This document shows positions 11,509-21,566 of a DNA stretch of 64,000 bases, one piece after another. Made by a program: the position numbers and the translations under genes. The stretch comes from a virus: IMG/VR virus record IMGVR_UViG_3300042878_001341, positions 14,963-78,962 of that record. One strand, written 5' to 3'. Under the pieces are notes generated by a model. The model was not told the DNA's origin and searched no databases. It saw only the letters and a list, made by a program, of their open reading frames with translations. How positions within the stretch are numbered: the stretch's first letter is position 1; the number at the start of each line of letters is the position of its first letter.

Positions 11509-11733
11509 ATGAACACAAAATTAATATTAGACAACTACTTGGGTAAAAACACAAGAGTGTCAGAAAAAGATAAAGGTAATGGTTACAAAGAAGTTTGTGA
11601 CTTAGATACTGGAGATTGTTATACACTAAGAATAAAAGACGGATTAATTGAAAGAGTTGATAACACTATGAACACATTCAAAAAAATCCAAGTTGAGACT
11701 AAATCAGGAATTAAACAATTATTAAACGGATAA
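11509..11733 (+). CDS. Hypothetical protein (74 aa)
   Basis: ATG at 11509 after TATTTAT and A-rich leader is preferred over TTG 11476; CDLDTGDC motif. Confidence 0.7.
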   Translation: MNTKLILDNYLGKNTRVSEKDKGNGYKEVCDLDTGDCYTLRIKDGLIERVDNTMNTFKKIQVETKSGIKQLLNG

Positions 11734-11735
11734 CC

Positions 11736-12407
11736 ATGGCTATAGATCAAAAAATTTTAAATGAAATAAGTAGATTTAATTCTATTAACAAATACATAAT
11801 GGAACAAGGTGATCCAGCTTTGGACCCTACAATTGCGCCACCTGTTGACCCCGCTGCGGCACCACCTGTTGACCCTGCTGCGGCACCTGTTGATCCTGCT
11901 GCGGCACCCGCAGACCCTAATGCAGTTGCACCGATTCCACCAGCAGCACCTATTGATATCTCAAACGATCCTGAGGTTGAAGAACTTGGTGATGAAGGTG
12001 AGGAAGAAGGAAACAAAGAGGAATTAGATGTTACTGATTTGGTTGCAAGTCAAAAAAACATGGAACAAAAACAAGAAGAATATTTTGATAACTTGTTTAG
12101 TCAATTAAAAACTCTTGAGGAAAAATTAGGTGAGATGGATAATTTAGTTACTACTATTAACAACTTAGAGGCTAAGTTTGATAAATTTAGACCAAAAACC
12201 CCACAAGAAAAATTAGAATTGAGAAGTTTGGACTCAGGGCCATTTAATCAAAAACTATCTGATTTCTTTGAAGATAAAGAACCTGATATGGAAAAATCAG
12301 GTAAAAATGAATATGTTTTAACAACTGATGATGCTACTAATTACTCTACAAATGATATTGAAACATCATTTAACAACTACGACGACGAGAACACAAATAT
12401 GATGTAA
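11736..12407 (+). CDS. Acidic Pro/Ala-repeat coiled-coil protein, putative head scaffold/internal protein
   Basis: ILNE/IMEQ leader, PVDPAAA repeats, acidic tract, coiled coil. Confidence 0.6.
   Translation: MAIDQKILNEISRFNSINKYIMEQGDPALDPTIAPPVDPAAAPPVDPAAAPVDPAAAPADPNAVAPIPPAAPIDISNDPEVEELGDEGEEEGNKEELDVTDLVASQKNMEQKQEEYFDNLFSQLKTLEEKLGEMDNLVTTINNLEAKFDKFRPKTPQEKLELRSLDSGPFNQKLSDFFEDKEPDMEKSGKNEYVLTTDDATNYSTNDIETSFNNYDDENTNMM
11838..11918 (+). repeat. In-frame 24/21-bp tandem repeat encoding (P)PVDPAAA
   Basis: ccacctgttgaccc(c/t)gctgcggca x2 plus a 21-bp copy and a partial copy. Confidence 0.85.
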
Positions 12408-12413
12408 TACTAT

Positions 12414-12447
12414 GAGGGGGACATCTTTGTCCCTCTCTACTTTTTTT
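12414..12447 (+). terminator. Rho-independent terminator
   Basis: GAGGGGGACA-tctt-TGTCCCTCTC followed by tac and T7. Confidence 0.8.
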
Positions 12448-12457
12448 AAAAACCTTA

Positions 12458-12486
12458 TTGACTACACTACTTTTTATAACTATATT
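12458..12486 (+). promoter_or_regulatory. sigma70-like promoter TTGACT-N17-TATATT
   Basis: Exact 17-nt spacing, immediately after a terminator and upstream of SSB. Confidence 0.65.
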
Positions 12487-12518
12487 TTCTACGTAAACCT
12501 TTAATAAATATATATACA

Positions 12519-13382
12519 ATGGCGACAAACAATGTTTTAGATGCGGTTTTGGCTCAGTATGAGAGTTCAAAACAAAGTGGTTCTTCTTCCACTTCAAAAT
12601 TCACACAAGAAGAAAGAATGAAAAAGTATTTCGCAGCAATTCTTAAAGATAGCGAAAAACAAGGACAAAGAAAAATCCGTATTTTACCAACCACTGATGG
12701 ATCATCTCCTTTTAAGGAAGTTTGGTTCCACGAAATCAATGTTGATGGTAAATGGCAGAAGTTCTATGATCCAGGAAAAAATGACAACGAACGTTCACCT
12801 TTAAATGAGGTATACGATGAGTTAATGTCAACAGGTCGTGAATCTGACAAACAATTGGCGACACAATATAAAGCTCGTAAGTTTTATATCGTAAAAGTAA
12901 TTGACCGTGACCATGAAGAAGACGGAGTTAAGTTTTGGAGATTCAAACACAATTATAAACAAGAAGGAATCCTTGATAAAGTTATTCCAATTTGGAAGGC
13001 AAAAGGTGATGTGACTGACTCTGATAAAGGTCGTGACTTGATCCTTGAACTTACAAAGGCAAAGACACCAAAAGGTGCAACATATACGGTTATTCAAACT
13101 GTTATGTATGACGATCCAACACCTACACATGAAGACGCTGAACAGGCATCTACTTGGATCAACGATGAGTTGACTTGGGAGGACGTGTATTCTAAAAAAC
13201 CTGTTGAATATCTTGAAGCGATTGCAAGAGGTGAAACTCCACGTTGGGACACTGACGCAGGAAAATACATTTACTCAAATAACCAAGAAGAAGAGATTTC
13301 TATGGGTGGAAGTGTAAAGTCTGAAAGTAAAAAATCTGATCCTCAATCTAACGATGAGGTGGACGAAGATTTACCATTCTAA
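12519..13382 (+). CDS. Single-stranded DNA-binding protein (T4 gp32-like)
   Basis: IRILP..PF..WFH, FYIVKVIDR..GVKFW, GRDLILEL motifs; acidic tail ending DEDLPF; heads the replication block. Confidence 0.8.
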   Translation: MATNNVLDAVLAQYESSKQSGSSSTSKFTQEERMKKYFAAILKDSEKQGQRKIRILPTTDGSSPFKEVWFHEINVDGKWQKFYDPGKNDNERSPLNEVYDELMSTGRESDKQLATQYKARKFYIVKVIDRDHEEDGVKFWRFKHNYKQEGILDKVIPIWKAKGDVTDSDKGRDLILELTKAKTPKGATYTVIQTVMYDDPTPTHEDAEQASTWINDELTWEDVYSKKPVEYLEAIARGETPRWDTDAGKYIYSNNQEEEISMGGSVKSESKKSDPQSNDEVDEDLPF

Positions 13383-13391
13383 TTAAACTTT

Positions 13392-13430
13392 AACATAGGC
13401 ACTTGGTATGACTGAGTGTCTATGTTTTTT
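13392..13430 (+). terminator. Rho-independent terminator/attenuator after SSB
   Basis: 15-bp stem AACATAGGCACTTGG/CTGAGTGTCTATGTT (with G-U pairs) then T-run. Confidence 0.75.
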
Positions 13431-13443
13431 AAAATCAAAACAA

Positions 13444-13674
13444 ATGAGTAAAATTGCAGAAAAAATGTATGAGGCATTGTCCTTAAAATATCGCAGTGAA
13501 ATTGCGGAATCCGAAGCAACATTGTTAATTTATTTAACTACACCTGTTGGTATTGGTGAACACCCACAACATCTTGAAGAGATGGATAAATTAGTAGAAA
13601 AATTCGCAAATGCTCAAGATAAACTTGAGTCATTGGAAAAAATTCGTAAGTATAATTCAACAATAACACAATAA
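13444..13674 (+). CDS. Conserved small phage protein (PVGIGEHP motif)
   Basis: ATG 13444 preferred because ATG 13408 lies inside the terminator; VGIGEH motif is familiar from T4-like phage hypotheticals. Confidence 0.7.
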   Translation: MSKIAEKMYEALSLKYRSEIAESEATLLIYLTTPVGIGEHPQHLEEMDKLVEKFANAQDKLESLEKIRKYNSTITQ

Positions 13675-13675
13675 T

Positions 13676-14683
13676 ATGGCACTTAAAAAGAATGACTTTA
13701 GTTCAGTAAAGAAGAAATTCTCAACTTCAGCAAAGTACAAACCACAGAGATTTTTTGATTTAGGTGAACCATTCTTAGATGCCGTTGGTCTACCTGGTCC
13801 TGCAATGGGACACATTAATATGTTCTTGGGTCACTCAGATACGGGAAAAACAACTGCATTGGTAAAGACTGCGGTTGATGCTCAGAAAAAAGGTATTTTA
13901 CCTGTGTTTATTATCACAGAACAAAAATGGTCTTTTGATCACGCAAAACTAATGGGGTTTGAATGTGATGAGGTAGTTGATACGGAAACAGGAGAATTGG
14001 AATGGGATGGTTTTTATATCTTTAACAATAACTTTGACTACATTGAACAAATAACTGACTATATTAATAGTTTATTAGATGCACAAGAAAAAGGTGAATT
14101 AGATTATTCATTATGTATCATGTGGGATTCAGTTGGTTCTGTTCCTTGTAAGATGACTTATGAAGGTAAAGGTGGTAAACAACACAACGCATCCGTATTG
14201 GCGGATAAAATTGGAATGGGAATAAATCAACGTATTTCAGGATCTCGTAAATCAGATTCAAAATTTGAAAATACGTTAATCATTGTTAATCAACCTTGGG
14301 TTGAGTTACCTGACAATCCATTCGGACAACCTAAGATTAAAGCAAAAGGTGGTGAGGCAATTTGGTTAAACTCTTCATTGGTATTCTTATTTGGAAACCA
14401 AAAGGGAGCGGGAACAACTAAGATCACTGCAACCAAAGATAAGAGAACGGTTAAGTTCGCATCAAGAACAAAAGTATCCGTTATGAAAAATCACATTAAT
14501 GGACTTGGGTTTGAAGATGGTAAGATTATCGTAACTCCACATGGATTTTTACCAGGTAAAGACACAACTGAAGAGAAGGCATCTATTGAACAATACAAAA
14601 AAGAATATGCTGAGTATTGGAAAGATGTGATTGGAGTTGATGGTGAGTTTGATTTAAGAGCGGAAAGAGAAGAAGCAGAGTAA
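13676..14683 (+). CDS. recA: RecA/UvsX-like recombinase
   Basis: Walker A GHSDTGKT, TEQ, Walker B IMWDSVG, IIVNQ, KGGEA, KNHI motifs. Confidence 0.9.
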   Translation: MALKKNDFSSVKKKFSTSAKYKPQRFFDLGEPFLDAVGLPGPAMGHINMFLGHSDTGKTTALVKTAVDAQKKGILPVFIITEQKWSFDHAKLMGFECDEVVDTETGELEWDGFYIFNNNFDYIEQITDYINSLLDAQEKGELDYSLCIMWDSVGSVPCKMTYEGKGGKQHNASVLADKIGMGINQRISGSRKSDSKFENTLIIVNQPWVELPDNPFGQPKIKAKGGEAIWLNSSLVFLFGNQKGAGTTKITATKDKRTVKFASRTKVSVMKNHINGLGFEDGKIIVTPHGFLPGKDTTEEKASIEQYKKEYAEYWKDVIGVDGEFDLRAEREEAE

Positions 14684-14704
14684 GAACCTTTGGTAAAAAA
14701 TATA

Positions 14705-15712
14705 ATGACCAAAACACTTTTAGTTGACGGTAACAACTTATTAAAAATCGGATTTCACGGAGTTAAGGACTTCTACAATAAAGGAGAACACGTAGGTGGT
14801 ATTTGGCACTTTCTAAATACCCTACGTCGTTTTTTAGAGGATTCTAACTATAATAAAGTAGTTGTATTTTGGGATAGTAAAACTAGTTCATCTGAACGAA
14901 GATTATTATACCCAAAATATAAACTAAATCGTAAACCTTCGGCAACCGAACAAAAGGAAGAATCTTTCTCAACTCAAAAACAAAGGGTTAAACAATACCT
15001 TGAGGAGATGTTTGTAAGACAATTAGAGCTAGATCAGGCGGAAGCTGATGATCTTATTGCCTACTATTGTCAAATATCATTAGATGAAGAGAAAACGATA
15101 TTTTCAGGTGACAGAGACCTTACACAATTAATATCTGATAAAGTAACAATTTATTCCCCAAACACAAAACAATACTATAAGTTAGGTGATAAGATTAAGA
15201 TAGATAATATTGAAATCCCACACTATAATATTAAAACTTATAAGATATTAGCCGGTGATGGTGGGGATAACATTGATGGTATCTATTATTTAGGGGAGAA
15301 GACATTTGTAAAATTATTTCCTGAAATACTTGATTCAGAGGTTTCTTTTACCGATATTTTAACAAAGGGTGAGGAATTACTAAAAGAACAAAAAGAGAAT
15401 GTTGTTTTAAAAAATTTACTCAGTGGAAAGACCAAAGAAGGTATTTTCGGTGATGAATTTTTTGTGATCAATAAAAAACTCGTAGATCTATCAGAACCTT
15501 TGATTAACGAAGAAGGTAAAGAGACGGTTAGATTATACTACTCAGAGTCAATGGACCCTGATGGTAGAGGACATAGGAATCTAATTAGGATGATGATGGA
15601 CGACGGGTTTTTCAAGTATCTACCAAAAGGGGACGAAGCTTGGGTCAATTTTTTAAAACCATTCTTAAAATTATCAAGAAAAGAAAAAACAAAGTTTAGA
15701 AACAAAAAGTAA
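14705..15712 (+). CDS. 5'-3' exonuclease/flap endonuclease (PolI N-terminal/T4 RNase H family)
   Basis: LLVDGNN, YKLNR, EADDLIA, SGDRDLTQL, LAGDGGDNIDGI (H3TH) motifs; ATG 14705 preferred over TTG 14690. Confidence 0.9.
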   Translation: MTKTLLVDGNNLLKIGFHGVKDFYNKGEHVGGIWHFLNTLRRFLEDSNYNKVVVFWDSKTSSSERRLLYPKYKLNRKPSATEQKEESFSTQKQRVKQYLEEMFVRQLELDQAEADDLIAYYCQISLDEEKTIFSGDRDLTQLISDKVTIYSPNTKQYYKLGDKIKIDNIEIPHYNIKTYKILAGDGGDNIDGIYYLGEKTFVKLFPEILDSEVSFTDILTKGEELLKEQKENVVLKNLLSGKTKEGIFGDEFFVINKKLVDLSEPLINEEGKETVRLYYSESMDPDGRGHRNLIRMMMDDGFFKYLPKGDEAWVNFLKPFLKLSRKEKTKFRNKK

Positions 15713-15725
15713 AAACAAAAACAAG

Positions 15726-16175
15726 ATGAGAGATCAAGATGTAACGAAAGTTGAATTTCTATTAATGTGTAACGATAACATTGTAGTACAACGTTTTTTT
15801 AATGTTAAGGGATTCAACAAAAACGCCCATAAATCTGAAGAGTTTTACGACCATATGAATAGTCTATGTCGTGAATTTCAATATGATTTGAAAATGCGTT
15901 CAGTAGTCTATATGTTAGACAACAAATACGAAATTTCTGAGAATCCAGAGATTTTAAACACGTCAATTACTGACGGGGAAGAGAATTTTAACATTTTTAT
16001 TAAGCTTGGGGACATGACAATTTGTCATAGAAGGTTTGATGCTAAGGTGTACCCACCAAAGGTAAGATACACCGTAGACCTACGTCCGAAGTTAAAAGGT
16101 ATCCTAAACGGCCTGACTGACATTTTTTCAGGTAAAAATTTTAATTATTTCCGTCCCGAATTTATCCAAAACTAA
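15726..16175 (+). CDS. Hypothetical protein in replication block
   Basis: 149-aa ORF with A-rich leader between exonuclease and helicase. Confidence 0.7.
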   Translation: MRDQDVTKVEFLLMCNDNIVVQRFFNVKGFNKNAHKSEEFYDHMNSLCREFQYDLKMRSVVYMLDNKYEISENPEILNTSITDGEENFNIFIKLGDMTICHRRFDAKVYPPKVRYTVDLRPKLKGILNGLTDIFSGKNFNYFRPEFIQN

Positions 16176-16207
16176 TAGTATTTATCTTTACTAACAGAAG
16201 GAAAATT

Positions 16208-17599
16208 ATGGCGACAAACAAAAATTTTGAGTATCTAGGAAACACATTCCAATTACAATTACTTAATCAAATTATATTAGATAAAGAATTTTCACATTCA
16301 ATTATTGATGTGATTGAGAACAATTATTTTGAAAACAAATACTTCAAAATAATAATTCAAATGATAAGAGAGTATTATACAAAATACGATCACACACCAT
16401 CATTTGAGACATTAGAACAGATCACTAAATCTGAACTACAACAAGAGATTGCATCCAAAATAGTGTTGGATACAATTAAGAAAATTAAAGACGCACCTGT
16501 TGATGGCGTAGGTTTCGTACAGGAAAAAGCGTTAAAGTTCTGTAAACAACAAGAACTACAAAAGGTTATGGGTAAGGCTCAAAAAATCATTGATGGAGGT
16601 GAATTTGAGAACTATGACGCTCTTGAAGAGATGGTTAGAGGAGCATTACAAGTCGGAGCAAAAGATACAAGTGCGATGGATGTATTCTCTAACATGGATC
16701 AAGTCCTTGACGATGATTACAGACACCCTATTCCAATGGGAATACCTGGTATTGATAAACTACTAAAGGGTGGTTTGGCTAAAGGTGAAATTGGTGTTAT
16801 ATTAGCACCAACGGGGGTTGGTAAGTCTACAATCTTAACTAAAATTGCTAACCACGCATTCAACTTAGGAAATAACGTACTTCAGATCTTTTTTGAGGAC
16901 AATCCTAAGGTAATTCAAAGAAAACACTACACACTTTGGACTAAGATTCATCCTGACGAATTGTCAGAAAAAAGAGAAGAAGTTATTCAAAAAGTTAGGG
17001 AAATTGAGGATTCAATGCCTAACAAGTTAATTATGAATAAATTACCGTCTGATACTGTAACCATGTCACAAATTAAGAATCAAATTAGAAAGATGGTTGC
17101 TGATGGTAATAAGATTGATATGGTATTACTTGATTACATTGACTGTGTGGTTCCTGACAAGAATTTAGGTGATGAATGGAAGAGTGAGGGGTCTGTAATG
17201 AGAGCATTTGAGGCTATGTGTCACGAAATGGATTTAGTTGGGTGGACTGCAACACAGGGTAATAGAAACTCTATTTCTTCTGAGGTTGTAACAACTGATC
17301 AAATGGGAGGATCTATTAAAAAGGCTCAAGTTGGTCACGTTATCATTACGGTAGCGAAAACACTACAACAAAAAGAGATGAAATTGGCGACAATCGCAAT
17401 CACAAAATCAAGGGTCGGTGATGACGGAGTTGTATTTGAGAATTGTAAATTTGATAATGCAATGTTGGACATTGACACCGAGAGTTCTATGACTTTCTTA
17501 GGTATTGAAGAACAAAAAGAAGAAAGACAACGACTAAGAGTCAAAGAGTTGTTACAGAAAAGACAAGAAAGACAAAAAGAAGAAACAAACAATAATTAA
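16208..17599 (+). CDS. dnaB: Replicative DnaB/gp41-like helicase
   Basis: Walker A APTGVGKS, Walker B LLDYID, TATQGNR, KSR motif. Confidence 0.9.
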   Translation: MATNKNFEYLGNTFQLQLLNQIILDKEFSHSIIDVIENNYFENKYFKIIIQMIREYYTKYDHTPSFETLEQITKSELQQEIASKIVLDTIKKIKDAPVDGVGFVQEKALKFCKQQELQKVMGKAQKIIDGGEFENYDALEEMVRGALQVGAKDTSAMDVFSNMDQVLDDDYRHPIPMGIPGIDKLLKGGLAKGEIGVILAPTGVGKSTILTKIANHAFNLGNNVLQIFFEDNPKVIQRKHYTLWTKIHPDELSEKREEVIQKVREIEDSMPNKLIMNKLPSDTVTMSQIKNQIRKMVADGNKIDMVLLDYIDCVVPDKNLGDEWKSEGSVMRAFEAMCHEMDLVGWTATQGNRNSISSEVVTTDQMGGSIKKAQVGHVIITVAKTLQQKEMKLATIAITKSRVGDDGVVFENCKFDNAMLDIDTESSMTFLGIEEQKEERQRLRVKELLQKRQERQKEETNNN

Positions 17600-17612
17600 T
17601 TTAAAAAGAAAG

Positions 17613-18560
17613 ATGGAAAAGATATTAAAGGAAAACCCTAATAGGTTTGTTATCTTCCCGATAGAGCACAACGACATTTGGGAATATTATAAAATGCATC
17701 AGGCGGCGTTTTGGACGGCTGAAGAAGTAGATTTAACTAATGACATTCGTGATTGGGAAAAATTAACAGATAATGAAAAGTTCTTTGTTAAGAACGTATT
17801 ATCATTTTTTGCCGCTTCTGATGGAATTGTAAATGAAAATTTAGCGGAAAACTTCTATCGTGAAGTACAATATCCTGAGGCTAAGTTTTTCTACGGATTT
17901 CAGTTAGCAATGGAGAATATCCACTCATTGATGTATTCGTTATTGATAGATACGTATATCAGTAATCCTAAAGAGAAAGATGAGTGTTTTAACGCTATTG
18001 AAAACTTACCAGCCGTTAAGAAAAAGGCTACTTGGGCTCTTAATTGGATTGAGAACGCATCTTTCCAAGAAAGATTAATTGCATTCGCAGCGGTTGAAGG
18101 TATATTCTTTTCAGGGTCATTCTGTTCAATCTTTTGGATGAAATCAAGAGGTATTATGCAAGGATTATGTAACGCAAATTCATTGATCTTTAAAGATGAA
18201 AACTTACATTGTGATTTTGCAATTCACTTATTGAATAACCATTGTCAAGAAAAACCATCTGAAAAAAGAATTAAAGAGATTTTGTTATCAGCTTTAGAGA
18301 TTGAAAAAGAATTCATTACTGAGTCATTACCGGTATCATTGATTGGAATGAACTCAAACTTGATGAAACAATATTTGGAGTTTGTTGTTGATGGTCTTTT
18401 AGTTAAATTTGGATGTAGTAAAGAATTTAACGTTGAACAACCATTTAAATTCATGGAACAAATAGCGGTTGAAACAAAAGGTAATTTCTTTGAGTCAAGA
18501 ACAATGGAATACCAAAAAGCAAAATTGAATGAAACGATTACGTTTGAAGAAGATTTTTAA
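17613..18560 (+). CDS. nrdB: Ribonucleotide reductase class Ia beta subunit
   Basis: [44 protein letters not shown] diiron motifs. Confidence 0.97.
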   Translation: MEKILKENPNRFVIFPIEHNDIWEYYKMHQAAFWTAEEVDLTNDIRDWEKLTDNEKFFVKNVLSFFAASDGIVNENLAENFYREVQYPEAKFFYGFQLAMENIHSLMYSLLIDTYISNPKEKDECFNAIENLPAVKKKATWALNWIENASFQERLIAFAAVEGIFFSGSFCSIFWMKSRGIMQGLCNANSLIFKDENLHCDFAIHLLNNHCQEKPSEKRIKEILLSALEIEKEFITESLPVSLIGMNSNLMKQYLEFVVDGLLVKFGCSKEFNVEQPFKFMEQIAVETKGNFFESRTMEYQKAKLNETITFEEDF

Positions 18561-18573
18561 ATATTAAAAAAAT

Positions 18574-21003
18574 ATGATGTCACTTAAAATATTAAAAAGA
18601 GATGGGGATAATGTAACGTTTAACCCACAAAAAATTTACAATCGTGTTAAACGATCGGCAAAAGGTTTGAATGTTAATTCAGACGAGATCTTTATAAAGG
18701 TTATTACTTCAGTACCAACTGAGGGTGAAATAACGACAAAAGAATTAGATAAACTTATTTATGAAATTGCAGCATCTTATACCGGTAGTCACCACGATTA
18801 CTCAAGATTAGCGTCTTCAGTAGCAATTTCTTCTTACCATAAAGAAACTAATCCAAGTTTTTCTGAGACAATGGTGGATTTACATTCATACGGAATTATA
18901 AATGACGGGTTAATGGAAACAATTCAAAAGTATGGCGAGGATTTAATTGATGAGGTAATTAACCATGATAATGACTACAATTTTGATTACTTCGCTTGGA
19001 GATCTTTACAGGAAATGTACTTGTTAAAAAGACCTGATGGTGTTGTTGTTGAAAGACCACAACATATGTATATGAGAGTTGCATTATGGGTTACGGATAA
19101 CTTTAAAGATGCCGTTGAGTACTACAAATCACTATCAAATCAACTTATTTCTAAGGCAACACCAATTATGATTAATGCGGGTACAAAGGTACCTCAATTG
19201 GCTTCATGTGTGTTACATTATAATAATTCAGATTCAAGAAATGGTTTATTAAATACATTAACTGATATATCAACCTATTCTTCAGACGCTGCAGGGATTG
19301 GATTATCAATGTCTAACATTAGAAGTAAGGAAAGTAGAATTTCAAGTTCAGGTGGTTATGCAGGTGGTTTATTGAAGTATCTTAAAATCGTTAACGAATC
19401 TTTACGTTTCTTTAACCAACAAGGACGTAGACCTGGATCTGCAGCAATTTATCTTGAACCTTGGCATAAAGATATATTTGATTTATTGGACATTAAAAAG
19501 AATACAGGAGCTGAGGAATTACGAGCACGTGATTTATTCACCGCACTTTGGATTCCTGATAATTTCATGAGAGCGGTAAAAAACAATACTGAATGGTATT
19601 TGTTCTGTCCTAATGATATTATCACTGCAGGTATTAAACCATTACAGGAATCTTTTGGTGATGAGTATGAGGAGAATTACAATAAGGCGGTTTCTTTAGG
19701 TTTGGGTAAAAAAGTTAAAGCTCAAGACATTTGGTCAAAAATTATTGAATCACAAATTGAAACGGGGATTCCTTATTTATGTTCTAAGGATAGTGCAAAC
19801 AAAAAAACAAATCACCAAAACATTGGTGTAATTAAACAATCTAACCTTTGTAATGAGATTTATCAGTACACAGATGAAGAAACTACTGCTATATGTACGT
19901 TATCATCAATTGTTCTTAAAAACTTCATCAATGGAGGTAAGTTTGATTTTGAGTTGTTGTATAACGAAGTAAGAAAAGTTGTTAGAACTTTAAATAAAGT
20001 TGTAAACATCAATAATTACTCTACTGAAAAAGGACGTAAGGGTGGATTATATCAAAGAGCAATTGCAATTGGAACACAAGGACTAGCTGACGTATTCTAT
20101 TTGATGGATTATATTTTCACGTCGGAAGAAGCTTGTAACTTAAACAAAGAAATCTTTGAAACAATTTACTTCGCGGCGATCACCGAAAGTAATAAATTGT
20201 GTGAGGGTGGTAAGTATGAACCATATGCTTACTTTAAAGGGTCACCAATGTCACAAGGAATATTCCAGTTTGATATGTGGGGATTGAAAGAAGATGATTT
20301 ATCGGGAAGATGGGATTGGAGAACACTAAAAGAAAATGTTAGTAAGTATGGAGTTTGTAACTCTTTATTCACGGCTCAAATGCCTGTAGCGTCTTCTGCA
20401 AAGATTACAGGTTCATATGAAATGACTGAACCTGCTCACTCAGCAATCTTTAACAGACGTGTTGTAGGTGGAGAAATTATGATTGTTAACAAGTATTTGA
20501 TTAGTGATTTTGAAAAGATTGGAATTTGGTCTGAAGATTTAAAAAATGAAATTATTATGAATGACGGATCAATCCAAAATATTAATTTTAATAATTACTT
20601 AGATCCTGAAGACAAACATTATAATAAGAAAGTTAAAAGAATTGAGCATTTGATTCCTAAATACAAAACAATTTGGGAGATATCACAAAAAGAACTCATC
20701 AACATGGCGGCAGACAGAGCACCGTTTATTGACCAATCACAATCAATGAACATTTATATGTCAAATCCATCATTATCTAAGATTACCTCGTCACACTTCC
20801 ACTCTTGGGAGAAAGGATTGAAAACACTTTGTTATTATGTAAGAACTAAAGCGATTTCAACAGGGGCAAAACACTTGGCGTTGGACATGACAAAAAAAGA
20901 ACCTGTTAAAAAAGTTGAAACTCCAAAAGTAGATTTTTCTAATATGAATTTACCTTCAAAACCTGATAGTTCAGAGTTTGAATGTTTCGGATGTTCATCT
21001 TAG
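18574..21003 (+). CDS. nrdA: Ribonucleotide reductase class Ia alpha subunit with ATP cone
   Basis: ATP cone, ERPQHMYMR, QLASC, SNLCNEI, MPVASS, DQSQS, TLCYY, C-terminal CFGC. Confidence 0.97.
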   Translation: MMSLKILKRDGDNVTFNPQKIYNRVKRSAKGLNVNSDEIFIKVITSVPTEGEITTKELDKLIYEIAASYTGSHHDYSRLASSVAISSYHKETNPSFSETMVDLHSYGIINDGLMETIQKYGEDLIDEVINHDNDYNFDYFAWRSLQEMYLLKRPDGVVVERPQHMYMRVALWVTDNFKDAVEYYKSLSNQLISKATPIMINAGTKVPQLASCVLHYNNSDSRNGLLNTLTDISTYSSDAAGIGLSMSNIRSKESRISSSGGYAGGLLKYLKIVNESLRFFNQQGRRPGSAAIYLEPWHKDIFDLLDIKKNTGAEELRARDLFTALWIPDNFMRAVKNNTEWYLFCPNDIITAGIKPLQESFGDEYEENYNKAVSLGLGKKVKAQDIWSKIIESQIETGIPYLCSKDSANKKTNHQNIGVIKQSNLCNEIYQYTDEETTAICTLSSIVLKNFINGGKFDFELLYNEVRKVVRTLNKVVNINNYSTEKGRKGGLYQRAIAIGTQGLADVFYLMDYIFTSEEACNLNKEIFETIYFAAITESNKLCEGGKYEPYAYFKGSPMSQGIFQFDMWGLKEDDLSGRWDWRTLKENVSKYGVCNSLFTAQMPVASSAKITGSYEMTEPAHSAIFNRRVVGGEIMIVNKYLISDFEKIGIWSEDLKNEIIMNDGSIQNINFNNYLDPEDKHYNKKVKRIEHLIPKYKTIWEISQKELINMAADRAPFIDQSQSMNIYMSNPSLSKITSSHFHSWEKGLKTLCYYVRTKAISTGAKHLALDMTKKEPVKKVETPKVDFSNMNLPSKPDSSEFECFGCSS

Positions 21004-21026
21004 GATGAATCGTGTATCATGATGGG

Positions 21027-21053
21027 AAATCACGGCTTAGGTCGTGATTTTTT
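21027..21053 (+). terminator. Rho-independent terminator after nrdA
   Basis: AAATCACGGC-ttag-GTCGTGATTT plus T-run. Confidence 0.8.
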
Positions 21054-21089
21054 ATTTTATATGTATTTATTCAAAACACATAGATACTA

Positions 21090-21096
21090 TATTTAT
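21090..21096 (+). promoter_or_regulatory. TATTTAT motif (second copy at 21064-21070)
   Basis: 5 nt upstream of gp25 ATG, right after a terminator. Confidence 0.55.
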
Positions 21097-21101
21097 TAGA
21101 T

Positions 21102-21560
21102 ATGGCAAATGGAATAACATATGGGATAAATTTTCCTTTTAGAGAATCTTACATTGGTAAATATTTAGATGTTTCTGATAGTACTGATGAAGAAGTTAGA
21201 AGTAATTTAATTCATTTATTGTTAACTAGAAAAGGGTATAGATATTATCTTCCTGATTTTGGAACAAGATTGTATGAGTATATTTTTGAACCTCTTGATG
21301 GTCCTACATTTAGTGAAATTGAGGGTGAAATTAGAGACTCAGTTGAGAAATATATGCCGGGGGTACAAATAACTAATATATCAATTACCGACGCTTCTTT
21401 AGGTGAAGAAGATAAGGGTACTTTTATTAATCCTGATGGGGAAAGAGAATTTAAAGTACAAGGTATAAGTGAAAAAGAACATACCGCAAAAATTAAAATA
21501 GATTATAAGGTAACAAATCAAGCCTTTGAAAGTAGTGATTTTGTAATTATCAATATTTAA
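21102..21560 (+). CDS. Baseplate wedge gp25/gpW-like protein
   Basis: GINFPF, NLIHLLLTRKGYR..PDFGTRL..IFEP motif. Confidence 0.9.
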   Translation: MANGITYGINFPFRESYIGKYLDVSDSTDEEVRSNLIHLLLTRKGYRYYLPDFGTRLYEYIFEPLDGPTFSEIEGEIRDSVEKYMPGVQITNISITDASLGEEDKGTFINPDGEREFKVQGISEKEHTAKIKIDYKVTNQAFESSDFVIINI

Positions 21561-21566
21561 TAGTAT

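Noticed and set aside
13676-21003. Inteins or introns in RecA, DnaB or NrdA
   Set aside because: Lengths are normal and motifs contiguous; no homing endonuclease or splice motifs seen.
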